The translations under genes were made by a program, and so were the position numbers. From Ignavibacteria bacterium (GTDB taxonomy: Bacteria; Bacteroidota; Ignavibacteria; UBA10030; SZUA-254), in NCBI GenBank assembly GCA_016178595.1, contig JACOSY010000053.1:114-64113 (forward strand): a stretch of DNA of 64,000 bases, in the 5' to 3' direction. This document shows, in pieces, positions 20,282 to 29,674 of this stretch. The first letter of the stretch is position 1, and each line of letters begins with the position of its first letter. The notes beneath the pieces were generated by a model that did not search any database, had not been told where the DNA came from, and saw nothing but the letters and a program-made list of their open reading frames with translations.

Positions 20282-20292
20282 TGGGGGAGGAC

Positions 20293-23190
20293 TTACTTCA
20301 TCAAGATCATCTTCTTCACGCTGATGTGCGTCTGACCGAGGATCGTTTGACCGTCGTCATTCTCACCCATCGTCGTAGCGGTAAGCTTGTAGAAGTAGAC
20401 GCCGGAGGAAAGTCCGCTGGCATCGAACTCTACTTCCTGCGAGCCCTCGTCAAGTAGCTCACGATCTATCAGCGTCTTCACCTCCTGTCCGAGGATGTTA
20501 TAGACCTTCAGGCTGACAAACGCTTGCTCGGGCAGCGAGAACTGGATCGTCGTTGTCGGGTTGAAGGGGTTCGGGTAGTTTTGTTCAAGCAAGAAGACGG
20601 CGGGATTTTCCCCGGGTACCGCCCATCGGTGGATAATCCGCGGAGAATTACCGGACGAATGAAGGAAGGGCACAGTACCGAGTGAACGGACAGGAGTCAA
20701 CTCAAGCGGACCTCCAACAAACTGATCGGTGTCGATCGGTCCGCTGAATGAGGCATTGATCGACTTGATGACCGCGAGTAGCATATCGGCGCTAACACCG
20801 GGAGGCAGCATACCGACAGTCAGGAAACTATCGCAGACTGTTGCAACCTCTGAGACTGTGAGTCCGTTGAGAGCATTCACCGTGCCATCGTGATACACAA
20901 GATCGCCGAATCCGTCCGGTGTGATGCTCGAGAGACTTGTAAGAATGTTCGTCTTGAGGGCAACTTGCTCAGCGAGCAGTCGATTATTGTGTTTCGTCGG
21001 CGGCATCGATTTCTGTTCTTTGATGAAGTCGAACTTGCGCGGCGTCCCATCGTGGACGGCTCCTTTGGCGTTGAGGGTTTTCACCACATCCTGGTATCCC
21101 TTTCCGATTCCTTTCTTCGCATCCCACTTGCCGAGGCGTATCCATCCGTATTTCTTGGCGCTGTCGGGATTCACCTGATACTTTCCCCTGTTGAGACGAA
21201 GATGAGAAATCCCGATGATGATTCCTCCAAGCGAATCACCGACCGGGTTGCCCGGGTATCCGCCATACTGCAGCGCTTCATCAAGCGCGTTGATGGCGTT
21301 CGGCATTCCCTTGCCCCTCTTAACGGGTTTTCCAGTTTTTCCAAGATTATCTTTCGCGAACGCGAAACTATCCGACTCGAACGACCGGTAGGAAAACGTA
21401 TCCGCTATTTCTCCCGGCACAAGAAACTGTAGCTGACTTTGACTGACTCCCTGGAAAACTTCCGACGGATCATACGATAGACTGAGTGTTGCGTGGAAGT
21501 CTTGTCCATTGTCAGTGATCTCGTAAAATCTCTTCACACCAATCGTACCACCTGCCGGCGACGGCACGCCGATGTACCATGTCGAAAAATGAGAGAGGTA
21601 TTGCGTTGAGACTGTGTGCTTGATACTATCGACGATGCTTGGCACGATACGCAATACACCTGTCACCGTCGGGAACGAGTCGCGATGTACAGTCATGGAT
21701 ACTGTGGAAGGATAGAAGCCACTCCCATCAAATTGGACGAAATCATTCGGTGTATAGAATCGGTAGATGTCGGTCGAACCTGGGAGGATGGTACGCGTAA
21801 AGACCTCAGAGAGAATACTACCGGTTCCGATAATCGCCGGTCCGGAGGGATTGTTGATAAGCGTAGCACCCTCATGAAGTTGAATATTGCCATCCCGCCA
21901 TTCGATAGTACCATGATTTTCAATTGTATGCCGAATGATGAGCGTTGCACCGGGCTTTGTAAAGATCAAAGACGTATTGACCGCGATAGAGAGCGTGGTA
22001 ATATCGATCGTTCCACTCTGATCATACACCGGTGTGCGCACAGACGCCGGGATGACGACCGTATCGATCGAGCCTGGCACAGCCTTCGGACTCCAGTTCT
22101 TCGGATTCGTCCACAGAGAATCAATTGCGCCGGTCCAGATTCGCGCGCGCGGGACAATGTATGTCATGGACGGCCTATCCAATATCTGAACTGCGGGAGC
22201 GTTTGGCGGAATAACAACCACGGTGAACGTATCAGTTCCTTCGCCCAATGGTGCTCTCAACGTGGCCACATAGTTACCATTGCCAAGATATGAAAAAGGA
22301 CCGACCGTTCCCGCTCCCGTGTTGCTGATAATGAAATCCATCCCCGCACCGAGAGGATTGTTGGAATTGTTCTTCAGAGAGATCAATATCGTCGCACTAT
22401 CAATTCCATTGGCGAAGATGGAATCCTTGTCGAGTGTGACACTGCTCAGAAACGGATCGACATTCAACGCAAGCGAATCTTTCCAGGCATCGTACAATTT
22501 CTTGAGTGAATCGATAGGATCGGTGGTAATATCGAAATCGACGTCGCGGAAAAGGTACTGCTGAATTCCATCACCGACGCGGACAACGCGAAGAAAGGCA
22601 GACTGCGAAGAGTGGCCAATCGCAAGACAACGAGTATCTGCACCGGGCATTTTTGCGGCGAGAAGCGCCGCCATCAGCTTGTCAGCAAGTGAGCCGGTAG
22701 TATGCGTGAAGGCATACTCCATCGTATCGAGGACGATCGGGCCGAGCAGAATGTTTCCCTGAATACAGTACGTCGGTCCCGCGATATGGTTCTTGTAATC
22801 GTTCGTGTTCACACCAGTGTAGCCTGCACTGCGTCCTCCATCCACGAGATCGACAACGCCGTACTGACGAATGGTGGGATTACTCTCCGCATCGTGCGTC
22901 GTAACATAATCAATGATCTGTTGGGGCGAATCGCCGGCAAGCATTCTTAAGTGTGCGGTGTGTTGGTTCGAGTCGAGATAAAACGCCTGCGTGTGGATCG
23001 CGCCAACTCCTTCGATGATGTCGCTGATCCGGAGAGAGTTGCCAATGCACGATGCGCCTGCGCTTCCAACCTCCTTCGTGCGAGTGTCAACGGCAACGAT
23101 GGAGAATGTATCCTGTCCCCAGAGAACACTTGAAAATGTCATGCTCACAAGTAGTACCGCTAATGCCCCGAAGAAACGATTCTGTTTCAT
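20293..23190 (-). CDS. T9SS-secreted large protein with N-terminal DUF1028 (Ntn-hydrolase-like) domain
   Basis: Signal peptide MKQNRFFGALAVLLVSMTFSSVLWGQ; DUF1028-like block TFSIVAVDTRTKEVGSAGASC; C-terminal T9SS sorting domain LLEQNYPNPFNPTTTIQFSL...GVYFYKL. Confidence 0.7.
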   Translation of the reverse strand: MKQNRFFGALAVLLVSMTFSSVLWGQDTFSIVAVDTRTKEVGSAGASCIGNSLRISDIIEGVGAIHTQAFYLDSNQHTAHLRMLAGDSPQQIIDYVTTHDAESNPTIRQYGVVDLVDGGRSAGYTGVNTNDYKNHIAGPTYCIQGNILLGPIVLDTMEYAFTHTTGSLADKLMAALLAAKMPGADTRCLAIGHSSQSAFLRVVRVGDGIQQYLFRDVDFDITTDPIDSLKKLYDAWKDSLALNVDPFLSSVTLDKDSIFANGIDSATILISLKNNSNNPLGAGMDFIISNTGAGTVGPFSYLGNGNYVATLRAPLGEGTDTFTVVVIPPNAPAVQILDRPSMTYIVPRARIWTGAIDSLWTNPKNWSPKAVPGSIDTVVIPASVRTPVYDQSGTIDITTLSIAVNTSLIFTKPGATLIIRHTIENHGTIEWRDGNIQLHEGATLINNPSGPAIIGTGSILSEVFTRTILPGSTDIYRFYTPNDFVQFDGSGFYPSTVSMTVHRDSFPTVTGVLRIVPSIVDSIKHTVSTQYLSHFSTWYIGVPSPAGGTIGVKRFYEITDNGQDFHATLSLSYDPSEVFQGVSQSQLQFLVPGEIADTFSYRSFESDSFAFAKDNLGKTGKPVKRGKGMPNAINALDEALQYGGYPGNPVGDSLGGIIIGISHLRLNRGKYQVNPDSAKKYGWIRLGKWDAKKGIGKGYQDVVKTLNAKGAVHDGTPRKFDFIKEQKSMPPTKHNNRLLAEQVALKTNILTSLSSITPDGFGDLVYHDGTVNALNGLTVSEVATVCDSFLTVGMLPPGVSADMLLAVIKSINASFSGPIDTDQFVGGPLELTPVRSLGTVPFLHSSGNSPRIIHRWAVPGENPAVFLLEQNYPNPFNPTTTIQFSLPEQAFVSLKVYNILGQEVKTLIDRELLDEGSQEVEFDASGLSSGVYFYKLTATTMGENDDGQTILGQTHISVKKMILMK

Positions 23191-23404
23191 ACAAAGCTCC
23201 ATGGATGGTGCTTGGGTTGTAGGAAGGGATGCTCTTGAAGGTAGGAAGAAAGAAAATCTTTGTCAAGACAAAAATGATTTTTAGCCCTTGAATGAGGAGT
23301 GTAAGACGTGATTCCTCCCACACGTGCATTGAACAGACTGCACATTCTTCCTACATTGAGATGGTCATAAACATGTGCCGATTTCTTTGGAGTAGTTGTC
23401 ATAG

Positions 23405-23638
23405 ATGAGCATGATTCACTGGAAACTTGCCGACGAGAAGTTGAGAGCGCTGATGGGAGGAAGGAGCAAACTCGACGTGTACATGGCGATGAACATCCTC
23501 GTCCCGCTGAGGAACCGGCTCCACAACGGGAAGCGCTCCCTCCGATTGTATAACGAGATCATGCGACTCAGAGTCGGTGAGTTGATGGAGGAAAGCAGAA
23601 CGCCGCAAGGTACACCAGCAACGAAGCCGACGCATTGA
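23405..23638 (+). CDS. possible small basic helical protein (77 aa), unsupported by homology
   Basis: Only ORF of natural-looking composition in the 640-bp gap upstream of tRNA-Gly; no recognisable domain. Confidence 0.2.
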   Translation: MSMIHWKLADEKLRALMGGRSKLDVYMAMNILVPLRNRLHNGKRSLRLYNEIMRLRVGELMEESRTPQGTPATKPTH

Positions 23639-23841
23639 AAAACAATACGGGGTTGCAACTCCCGCCGCAAATAAGTATATTTTCGAGCATGCGGGCGTAA
23701 TACAGTTCCCGCCAAGAAAAACATTGGCGGGATAAAGTACGAATGCCAAGTCCCAAAACGGCTCGCGAGTGCAACGAGCGACTGCCGTTTTGAGGATCCC
23801 GCCGCAGGCGGGACCAAACGTTCCTGATCGAGTTATTACAC

Positions 23842-23916
23842 GCGGGCGTAATTCAGTGGTAGAATGTCAGCTTCCCAAGCTGGACGTCGCCGGTTCGAGC
23901 CCGGTCGCCCGCTCCA
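23842..23916 (+). tRNA. tRNA-Gly (anticodon CCC)
   Basis: Manual cloverleaf: acceptor GCGGGCG/CGCCCGC, D-arm, anticodon stem TCAGC/GCTGG with loop TTCCCAA, T-arm GCCGG-TTCGAGC-CCGGT, encoded CCA. Confidence 0.85.
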
Positions 23917-23924
23917 GAAAATCG

Positions 23925-23956
23925 AAAGCCGAGAATCGTTCTCGGCTTTTTGTTTG
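23925..23956 (+). terminator. rho-independent terminator after tRNA-Gly
   Basis: 10-bp stem aaagccgaga/tctcggcttt, 5-nt loop, followed by TTGTTTGTGTT. Confidence 0.7.
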
Positions 23957-24060
23957 TGTTATTCTGGATCATCTTCTTGGCCATGAAATTCGAAATCCTA
24001 AGCACGAAATCCGAAACAAGTCCGAAATTCTAAATACTAAATGGATAGTCAATACGGTTG
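23957..24060. repeat. AT-rich degenerate tandem repeat (CGAAAT-containing ~13-nt units)
   Basis: gaaattcgaaatcc / cacgaaatccgaaac / tccgaaattctaaatactaaat between the tRNA-Gly terminator and the convergent asparaginase gene. Confidence 0.5.
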
Positions 24061-24128
24061 TCCTTTGAATTTTGAGATTAGTATTTGTTTCGTATTTAGA
24101 TATTGATATTTAGAGTTTTTGTAACGTC

Positions 24129-25187
24129 CTATTCTTTGTAAATCTTCACCATCGGTTTTCCATTCTCATCGATGTAACCACGGTACATCCCTTCGGTGTT
24201 GAACGGCATCGTGAAGTTGCCATTCTTGTCGAGCGCGATCAATCCGCCTGTGCCGTGAATCCTGCCGATCGTTTCGATCGCCTTCTCCGCCGCTTTCTGT
24301 ACCGTCATGCCGCTGCTTTCCATCAACATCGATACGCTGTGCGCGGCAACTGCGCGGATGAAGTACTCGCCGTCGCCCGTGCACGAGACCGCACACGTCG
24401 CGTTGTTCGCGTATGTCCCCGCTCCAATGATCGGTGAATCGCCCACACGGCCGAAGCGTTTGTTCGTCGTCCCGCCGGTCGATGTTCCTGCGGCAAGGTT
24501 ACCGTACTCGTCGAGCGCAACGCAGCCAACGGTACCGTGCCTGCCTTCCGCTGAATCTGCGGGTGTTCCTTTCACTTTCTTAATCGAGTCCTGCTTCTCC
24601 TTCTCGATTGCCGTCTGCAACTGATCCCACCGGCGTTGCGTGAAGAAATATTCCTGCGGTACCATCTCGACTCCTTGAGATTTCCCAAACGCCTCCGCGC
24701 CGTCACCGACAAGCATCACGTGCGGCGACTTCTCCATGACGAGCCGCGCAAGACCGATCGGGTTCTTCACGTGCTTCACCGCTGCAACCGCTCCCGCCCT
24801 CAGCGTCTTTCCGTCCATGATGGAAGCGTCAAGCTCGTTCGTTCCTTCGTGCGTGAAGACGGCTCCTTTGCCGGCGTTGAAGAGCGGCGAGTCTTCCAGA
24901 ATCCTGATGACGGTTTCGACGGCGTCGAGGCTCGTGCCGTGTTTCTGCAAAACTGCGTAGCCCGCTTCAAGCGCTTCGGTCAGCTTTTCGTAGTATTGTT
25001 TCTCCTTCTCGGCCGTCATGCTTGCCTTTGTAATCGTTCCTGCACCGCCGTGAATTACCAATCTCACACGATGATTGGGAGTTGTACTCTCTTGTGCAAC
25101 AGCAAGCTGTATGAAAGCAAAGCTGATGGCTACACATAACAGCGAGAGAATGTTGACGCGTGATCGACGAAAGCGGTTCATAGTCAT
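24129..25187 (-). CDS. iaaA: isoaspartyl peptidase / L-asparaginase (Ntn-hydrolase, IaaA family), secreted
   Basis: Signal peptide MTMNRFRRSRVNILSLLCVAISFAFIQLAVAQ; motifs LVIHGGAGT, GTVGCVALDEYGNLAAGTSTGG, IGAGTYAN; start placed at the internal Met. Confidence 0.8.
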   Translation of the reverse strand: MTMNRFRRSRVNILSLLCVAISFAFIQLAVAQESTTPNHRVRLVIHGGAGTITKASMTAEKEKQYYEKLTEALEAGYAVLQKHGTSLDAVETVIRILEDSPLFNAGKGAVFTHEGTNELDASIMDGKTLRAGAVAAVKHVKNPIGLARLVMEKSPHVMLVGDGAEAFGKSQGVEMVPQEYFFTQRRWDQLQTAIEKEKQDSIKKVKGTPADSAEGRHGTVGCVALDEYGNLAAGTSTGGTTNKRFGRVGDSPIIGAGTYANNATCAVSCTGDGEYFIRAVAAHSVSMLMESSGMTVQKAAEKAIETIGRIHGTGGLIALDKNGNFTMPFNTEGMYRGYIDENGKPMVKIYKE

Positions 25188-25312
25188 CCTCGTGGAGTAT
25201 TGGTTTGAATGCCGACTGTCTTGCGGTGAATGTACCATAATTGGAGGAAAGATTCAATCGACCGTTGATTGGGCGGGAGGTTTTTCGTATATTGGAAGGC
25301 ACAATTCTCACG

Positions 25313-25387
25313 GGACGCTTAGCTCAGCTGGTTCAGAGCGCTGCCCTTACAAGGCAGAGGTCGTAGGTTCGAACCCTACAGCGTCCA
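25313..25387 (+). tRNA. tRNA-Val (anticodon TAC)
   Basis: Acceptor GGACGCT/AGCGTCC, anticodon stem CTGCC/GGCAG with loop CTTACAA, T-arm GTAGG-TTCGAAC-CCTAC; CCA not encoded. Confidence 0.85.
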
Positions 25388-25428
25388 CACTTCTTTTTCG
25401 TACTTACTTCTTCTATCTCATATTTCCT

Positions 25429-25998
25429 ATGATCATCGCAATCGCAAGTACGCGCGGACCGAAAGTTGAAGCGGCAAGGAGGGTGCTTCAGAGGATCGGT
25501 CGGTATCTTTCCTCATCACCCTCTGAATTCCTCACGTATGACGTCGATGGCGGAATCGACATGCCACGCTCGCTCGACGATCTCATGCGTGGCGCCGAGC
25601 AGCGCGTGATTCGCTTGCAGCAGGCTCTCCGTTCAGAAGGGAAACATGCAGACTACTTCGTCGGCATGGAAGGAGGATTCCACAGCGTCCATCATAACGG
25701 AAACGCCATGGTATTCCTTCAAAGTTGGGCGTACGTCAGCGACGGACAGAACGGTTACTTCGGAAGTTCAGGGAATGTCGCAGTGCCGGACGTTCTCGTG
25801 GAGGAAGTCATGGCCAAGCGGCGAGATCTTGGCATCGTCATCGATGAAGTTGCACAGCAGCACGACGTGCGGAGCAAACAAGGAACGTGGGGAATTCTGA
25901 CAAAAGACTTGTTGACACGGCAGGAATCGTTTGAAGCTGCATTGCTTGCGGCATTCGCTCCCTTCTACAACCGCGAGATGTACTTCGATCGGATGTGA
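25429..25998 (+). CDS. yjjX: inosine/xanthosine triphosphatase YjjX (DUF84, non-canonical NTPase)
   Basis: MIIAIASTRGPKVEAARRVLQRI... matches the YjjX N-terminal pattern; ATG at 25429 lies just after tRNA-Val; the long upstream ORF extension is rejected because it overlaps the tRNA. Confidence 0.7.
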   Translation: MIIAIASTRGPKVEAARRVLQRIGRYLSSSPSEFLTYDVDGGIDMPRSLDDLMRGAEQRVIRLQQALRSEGKHADYFVGMEGGFHSVHHNGNAMVFLQSWAYVSDGQNGYFGSSGNVAVPDVLVEEVMAKRRDLGIVIDEVAQQHDVRSKQGTWGILTKDLLTRQESFEAALLAAFAPFYNREMYFDRM

Positions 25999-25999
25999 A

Positions 26000-26581
26000 T
26001 TACTGCAGCATCTCGTTTTCCAACGAAGTTGTTACATACAAGAGACAACCCTTCTCGGTCCAGTGTTTCAGATGCACACTGTTTTCATCGGCACGCTGGT
26101 AGTCGCCGGCATGCAACACCAGTGAATCGCCGATACGGAGATCGCCTTCAAGGACAAGACATTCCTCGGTGTGCGCATGACGGTGACTGGGATACGATGC
26201 ACCGGGAGCCATTCGCACCAAGACGCTCATAACATTATTTATCGTGTCGGTGAAGAGCATTTTGAGCTGTACGCCTTCCACGCCGGTTTCTTGCCAAGCG
26301 AGAGCATTGGAGTATGTAACAAAGAGACCGGGATGTGGAGTCTCCGTCGCAATCAATTCGTCTTGCGTAAGTCGGGCCATAAGTCGCTCTTTCACGTGAG
26401 GCCGAGGAGATACGCGGGCATCGGTTCGCGCGAGTACTTCGACCGCCTCGCCGAGCGAACGCAATTCATCCGCACATTCGTCGCATCCCTGGAGAAGATG
26501 CTTCTCATAGAGAGCAAGATCGTTGCCTGTCAGCAACCCGAGCACATAGAGCGAACAATATTCACGGAGCTCACAATTCAT
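26000..26581 (-). CDS. chrR: ChrR-like anti-sigma-E factor (N-terminal zinc anti-sigma domain + C-terminal cupin)
   Basis: HLLQGCDECADELRSL zinc motif; C-terminal cupin block with HRHAHTEECLVLEGDL; start overlaps sigma gene stop. Confidence 0.7.
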   Translation of the reverse strand: MNCELREYCSLYVLGLLTGNDLALYEKHLLQGCDECADELRSLGEAVEVLARTDARVSPRPHVKERLMARLTQDELIATETPHPGLFVTYSNALAWQETGVEGVQLKMLFTDTINNVMSVLVRMAPGASYPSHRHAHTEECLVLEGDLRIGDSLVLHAGDYQRADENSVHLKHWTEKGCLLYVTTSLENEMLQ

Positions 26582-27177
26582 GAGTATACTTTCTTCAATT
26601 CCGGATAGGAAGCGAATTGTTCGCGAAGCGCGAGCAAACCAAGACGCATGCGCGACTTCACCGTTCCAAGCGGCAGCGTCAATTTTTCTGCAAGCTCCGA
26701 TTGGCTGTAACCTTCATAATACGCAAGCTCGATGAGGCGTCGTTGATCCTGCGGCAATTGCAAGAGCGCCTCTCGGACCATCACTGCCGCCTGAGTTGCC
26801 GTGGCGATCTCATGCGGATCGCGTGCGGGATCGGCAGTGTCGTTGAGAGGACTTTCGTCGATCTCGACCTGGTGTCTCCGGATGCGATTGCCTTTCGATC
26901 GCCATAGGTCGATCGACTTGTTTCTTGCGATGCGAATCAACCACACGCAAGGAGTACCCAGGCAGGCATTGTACGTCGAGGCAGACCGCCATACTTGGAG
27001 AAACACTTCCTGGAGGATGTTTTCCGTTTCCACACGATCACGGACGATGCGCATTGCCACGCTATAGAGCAGCTTCGCATAGCGATCGTACAATTGCTCA
27101 AGAGATCGTTGATCGCGCCGGGCGATGCCACTCAGCAACGTCGTATCGGGTACTGTGTCCGGGGAAATTGACTTCAT
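26578..27177 (-). CDS. rpoE: RNA polymerase ECF sigma factor (RpoE-like, ChrR-partnered)
   Basis: Region 2 ILQEVFLQVWRSASTYN...CVWLIRIARN, region 4 YSQSELAEKLTLPLGTVKSRMRL; start placed at internal Met (MKSISPD). Confidence 0.8.
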   Translation of the reverse strand: MKSISPDTVPDTTLLSGIARRDQRSLEQLYDRYAKLLYSVAMRIVRDRVETENILQEVFLQVWRSASTYNACLGTPCVWLIRIARNKSIDLWRSKGNRIRRHQVEIDESPLNDTADPARDPHEIATATQAAVMVREALLQLPQDQRRLIELAYYEGYSQSELAEKLTLPLGTVKSRMRLGLLALREQFASYPELKKVYS

Positions 27178-27439
27178 CGTTACCTGGGTTTGCCTCTGTG
27201 TGAACGTTACAACTGCAGGGATACCGCCAAGAAGTATCGTGTGGGAAGATAAAAAATCCCACCTGCAATTGCAAACGCTCCAACCAAGATCGAGAAGCCC
27301 GTGGATGAGTTGTGTCAATGTCAGAATCCCACCTCAAGCTTTGCTCGGAGGCTGAATGGCGTTCCGGGTGTAAAGTGTATTTTTCTGATTTGTTGAGGCT
27401 TGCCGTACAACTGTGGGGCGCTGGCTGATGGGATATGTT

Positions 27440-29653
27440 TCACAGAAAAAGCCGATCGATGATACCGATCTGGTACGCATAGAACAATCCAAAGCAAAGA
27501 CTGAGTACACCGGCGGTTACACGAACAATCGTATTCACTCGGTCATGTTTTGCCGTGAAGGAGAATGGAAGTCCGATGAGCGCGCTCATAAGGAACATCC
27601 CGCCAACCGATCCGATACCGAAGACCGCGATATACACCAGTGCAAGCACGCGCGAAGAGATTGTTGCCAGGACAACGAGCATCAGCGCCGCGCTGCCTGC
27701 CATGCCGTGCACCATCCCGACAAAGAACGGCTTTTTCCCAACCTTTGTTTTGTGGTGATGTACCGTGCCGTGCTGATGCCCGCCGGAATGCTCGTGCAGG
27801 TGTGGATGCGCGTGCGCGCGATGATCGTGTTCATGAACATGCATGTGGAAGGAAGCGCCGCGCCGGATTTTCCAGAGAACGTTGGCGCCAAGAATAATCA
27901 GCATCAGTGCGATACCGAATTCCATCGCCAGGGCGATTTTTTCCGGAATCTGAACATTGAAGGCAATGACAGCCAATCCCACGATCAGCAGCGAAGCCGT
28001 ATGGCCGAGTCCCCACAACGCGCCAACGATCGAAGAGCTCCAGAATCCTTTCCGTTCGCTGACAATCGTTGAGACGGCAATAAGATGATCGGAGTCCAAT
28101 GCATGCTTGAGACCGAGAATAAATCCAAATCCAAGAATGGACAGTGCGCCTGCGTTGATCATAGAGATTGAAAATACCGAACTTTGCAACAACCTGCCAC
28201 TCGCGAGAGTACCGAATACATCAACCCCCAATTGACCGAATGCTTGAAGCGTAATGATGACACCGGCGATGGAAATAACACCGGCACTAACGACAGGCAG
28301 CCATCGGACGAGCGGGCCGCTCGTGTTGAATCGCTCGAAGAATTTTCGTGCGTACACCATGAGAAGTCCGATGCCCGTGAGAACGCCGGCCAGTCCGATG
28401 CTGAAGGCAACAATAAGCAGGAGGCCAAAGCCGATACGTCCAAGTGCGATAGCGCTCAGGAGAACGACAATTGCCGACGGGCAGGGCAGCAAACCGCCCG
28501 ACACACCGAGTGCGAGCAAATTCTTCCATGTTACTGGCGTTCCGTCTGCTCCGGGTGGAAGGTGAGAATGCGCATGCCCGTCGTGTGAATGCACGTGATC
28601 ATGTGAGTGCGTATGCCCATCATGTGTGTGCGTGATTCCTCGAGCCAGGAGGAACCGCTTCCGCACCAATGACAATCCGATACCAGCCACAATCAGACCC
28701 GACATAAGTCCAAGCCACGGAAAAAGTTTTTCCGGCAAAATATAGTGCGAAGCAAAAAGCGCAATGAACCCCATGGCGAAGACACCGAGGGTGTGAGTGA
28801 TCGTCACTGCCAGTCCGAGAAACGCGGCGTGCTTTGCCGTACCTCTTTGCCCGACAAGATACGCGGCAACAATAGTTTTGCCATGTCCCGGTGTCAGCGC
28901 ATGACCCGCTCCGAGCATCATCGCCAGAAGAAGCGAGGCGAGCATGACTGATGTACTCAACTCTTTGGCAGAAATGAGTTCTGCAAATCCATCCTTTGTT
29001 TTTTCAACGATCGACTGGGACAATGATGATGCTGTCTCCGTGGCAGTTCCAGGAATATAGTTGACGACCGCTTCCGACACACTCAAAGGATTCGCGAGAC
29101 GATCCTGAGGATAACTGCGGAGTTCGTTCGTGATATCTTCCTGTGAAACGGTTGATTGCCTGATCTCGTCGCCGGCTACGGGCCGCACAACGATTTCCTT
29201 CCATCCCATGCAATCGTTGAAATTATGATCGGCAAGATGAAGATTAACTTCTGCGTTGTGATGAGGGAGTGCAGCTTCAAAGACCGGCGCGAGACGAATC
29301 GTTGAAAGACCTCCCTGCCCTTCCGGAAACGAGAGATCACAGCGTACAAGGACTGGAACAACTATTTGGTCATCGATCTGAAGAATAAGATTTTCGAGTA
29401 GTCTTGCGATTGTGCGATGAGCGTACTCTTCGCGCTCGTTTTCATCAATCTGCCCATCCTTATTGCGATCGATCGTTTCGCGTTCTTTGATCGACGGGAC
29501 TTCCGCCATGTCCATCACATAGACGAGTCGAATCTTGTCGCCTACAAGCTCGATACGCGTGTAGCGATTTACGCTGAAGATGCCGAGCGGATGTGCCGAA
29601 AGAAGGCCGGCCAGTATGACAATCAAAGCAATGGTAACAAGTAATGTTCTCAT
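27440..29653 (-). CDS. fused double NicO-superfamily nickel/cobalt transporter (RcnA-like half + HoxN/NixA-like half) with N-terminal periplasmic domain
   Basis: 737 aa; first half has the RcnA signature GHALTPGHGKT and His-rich loop HTHDGHTHSHDHVHSHDGHAHSH; second half has the HoxN signature LKHALDSDHLIA and loop HMHVHEHDHRAHAHPHLHEHSGGHQHGTVHHH; ~12 predicted TM segments. Confidence 0.65.
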   Translation of the reverse strand: MRTLLVTIALIVILAGLLSAHPLGIFSVNRYTRIELVGDKIRLVYVMDMAEVPSIKERETIDRNKDGQIDENEREEYAHRTIARLLENLILQIDDQIVVPVLVRCDLSFPEGQGGLSTIRLAPVFEAALPHHNAEVNLHLADHNFNDCMGWKEIVVRPVAGDEIRQSTVSQEDITNELRSYPQDRLANPLSVSEAVVNYIPGTATETASSLSQSIVEKTKDGFAELISAKELSTSVMLASLLLAMMLGAGHALTPGHGKTIVAAYLVGQRGTAKHAAFLGLAVTITHTLGVFAMGFIALFASHYILPEKLFPWLGLMSGLIVAGIGLSLVRKRFLLARGITHTHDGHTHSHDHVHSHDGHAHSHLPPGADGTPVTWKNLLALGVSGGLLPCPSAIVVLLSAIALGRIGFGLLLIVAFSIGLAGVLTGIGLLMVYARKFFERFNTSGPLVRWLPVVSAGVISIAGVIITLQAFGQLGVDVFGTLASGRLLQSSVFSISMINAGALSILGFGFILGLKHALDSDHLIAVSTIVSERKGFWSSSIVGALWGLGHTASLLIVGLAVIAFNVQIPEKIALAMEFGIALMLIILGANVLWKIRRGASFHMHVHEHDHRAHAHPHLHEHSGGHQHGTVHHHKTKVGKKPFFVGMVHGMAGSAALMLVVLATISSRVLALVYIAVFGIGSVGGMFLMSALIGLPFSFTAKHDRVNTIVRVTAGVLSLCFGLFYAYQIGIIDRLFL

Positions 29654-29674
29654 ACGAATTTCCGATAAAACTCT

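Noticed and set aside
25075..25428. N-terminal extension of the yjjX ORF (307-aa version)
   Set aside because: The extension runs across tRNA-Val; the conserved YjjX N-terminus starts at ATG 25429.
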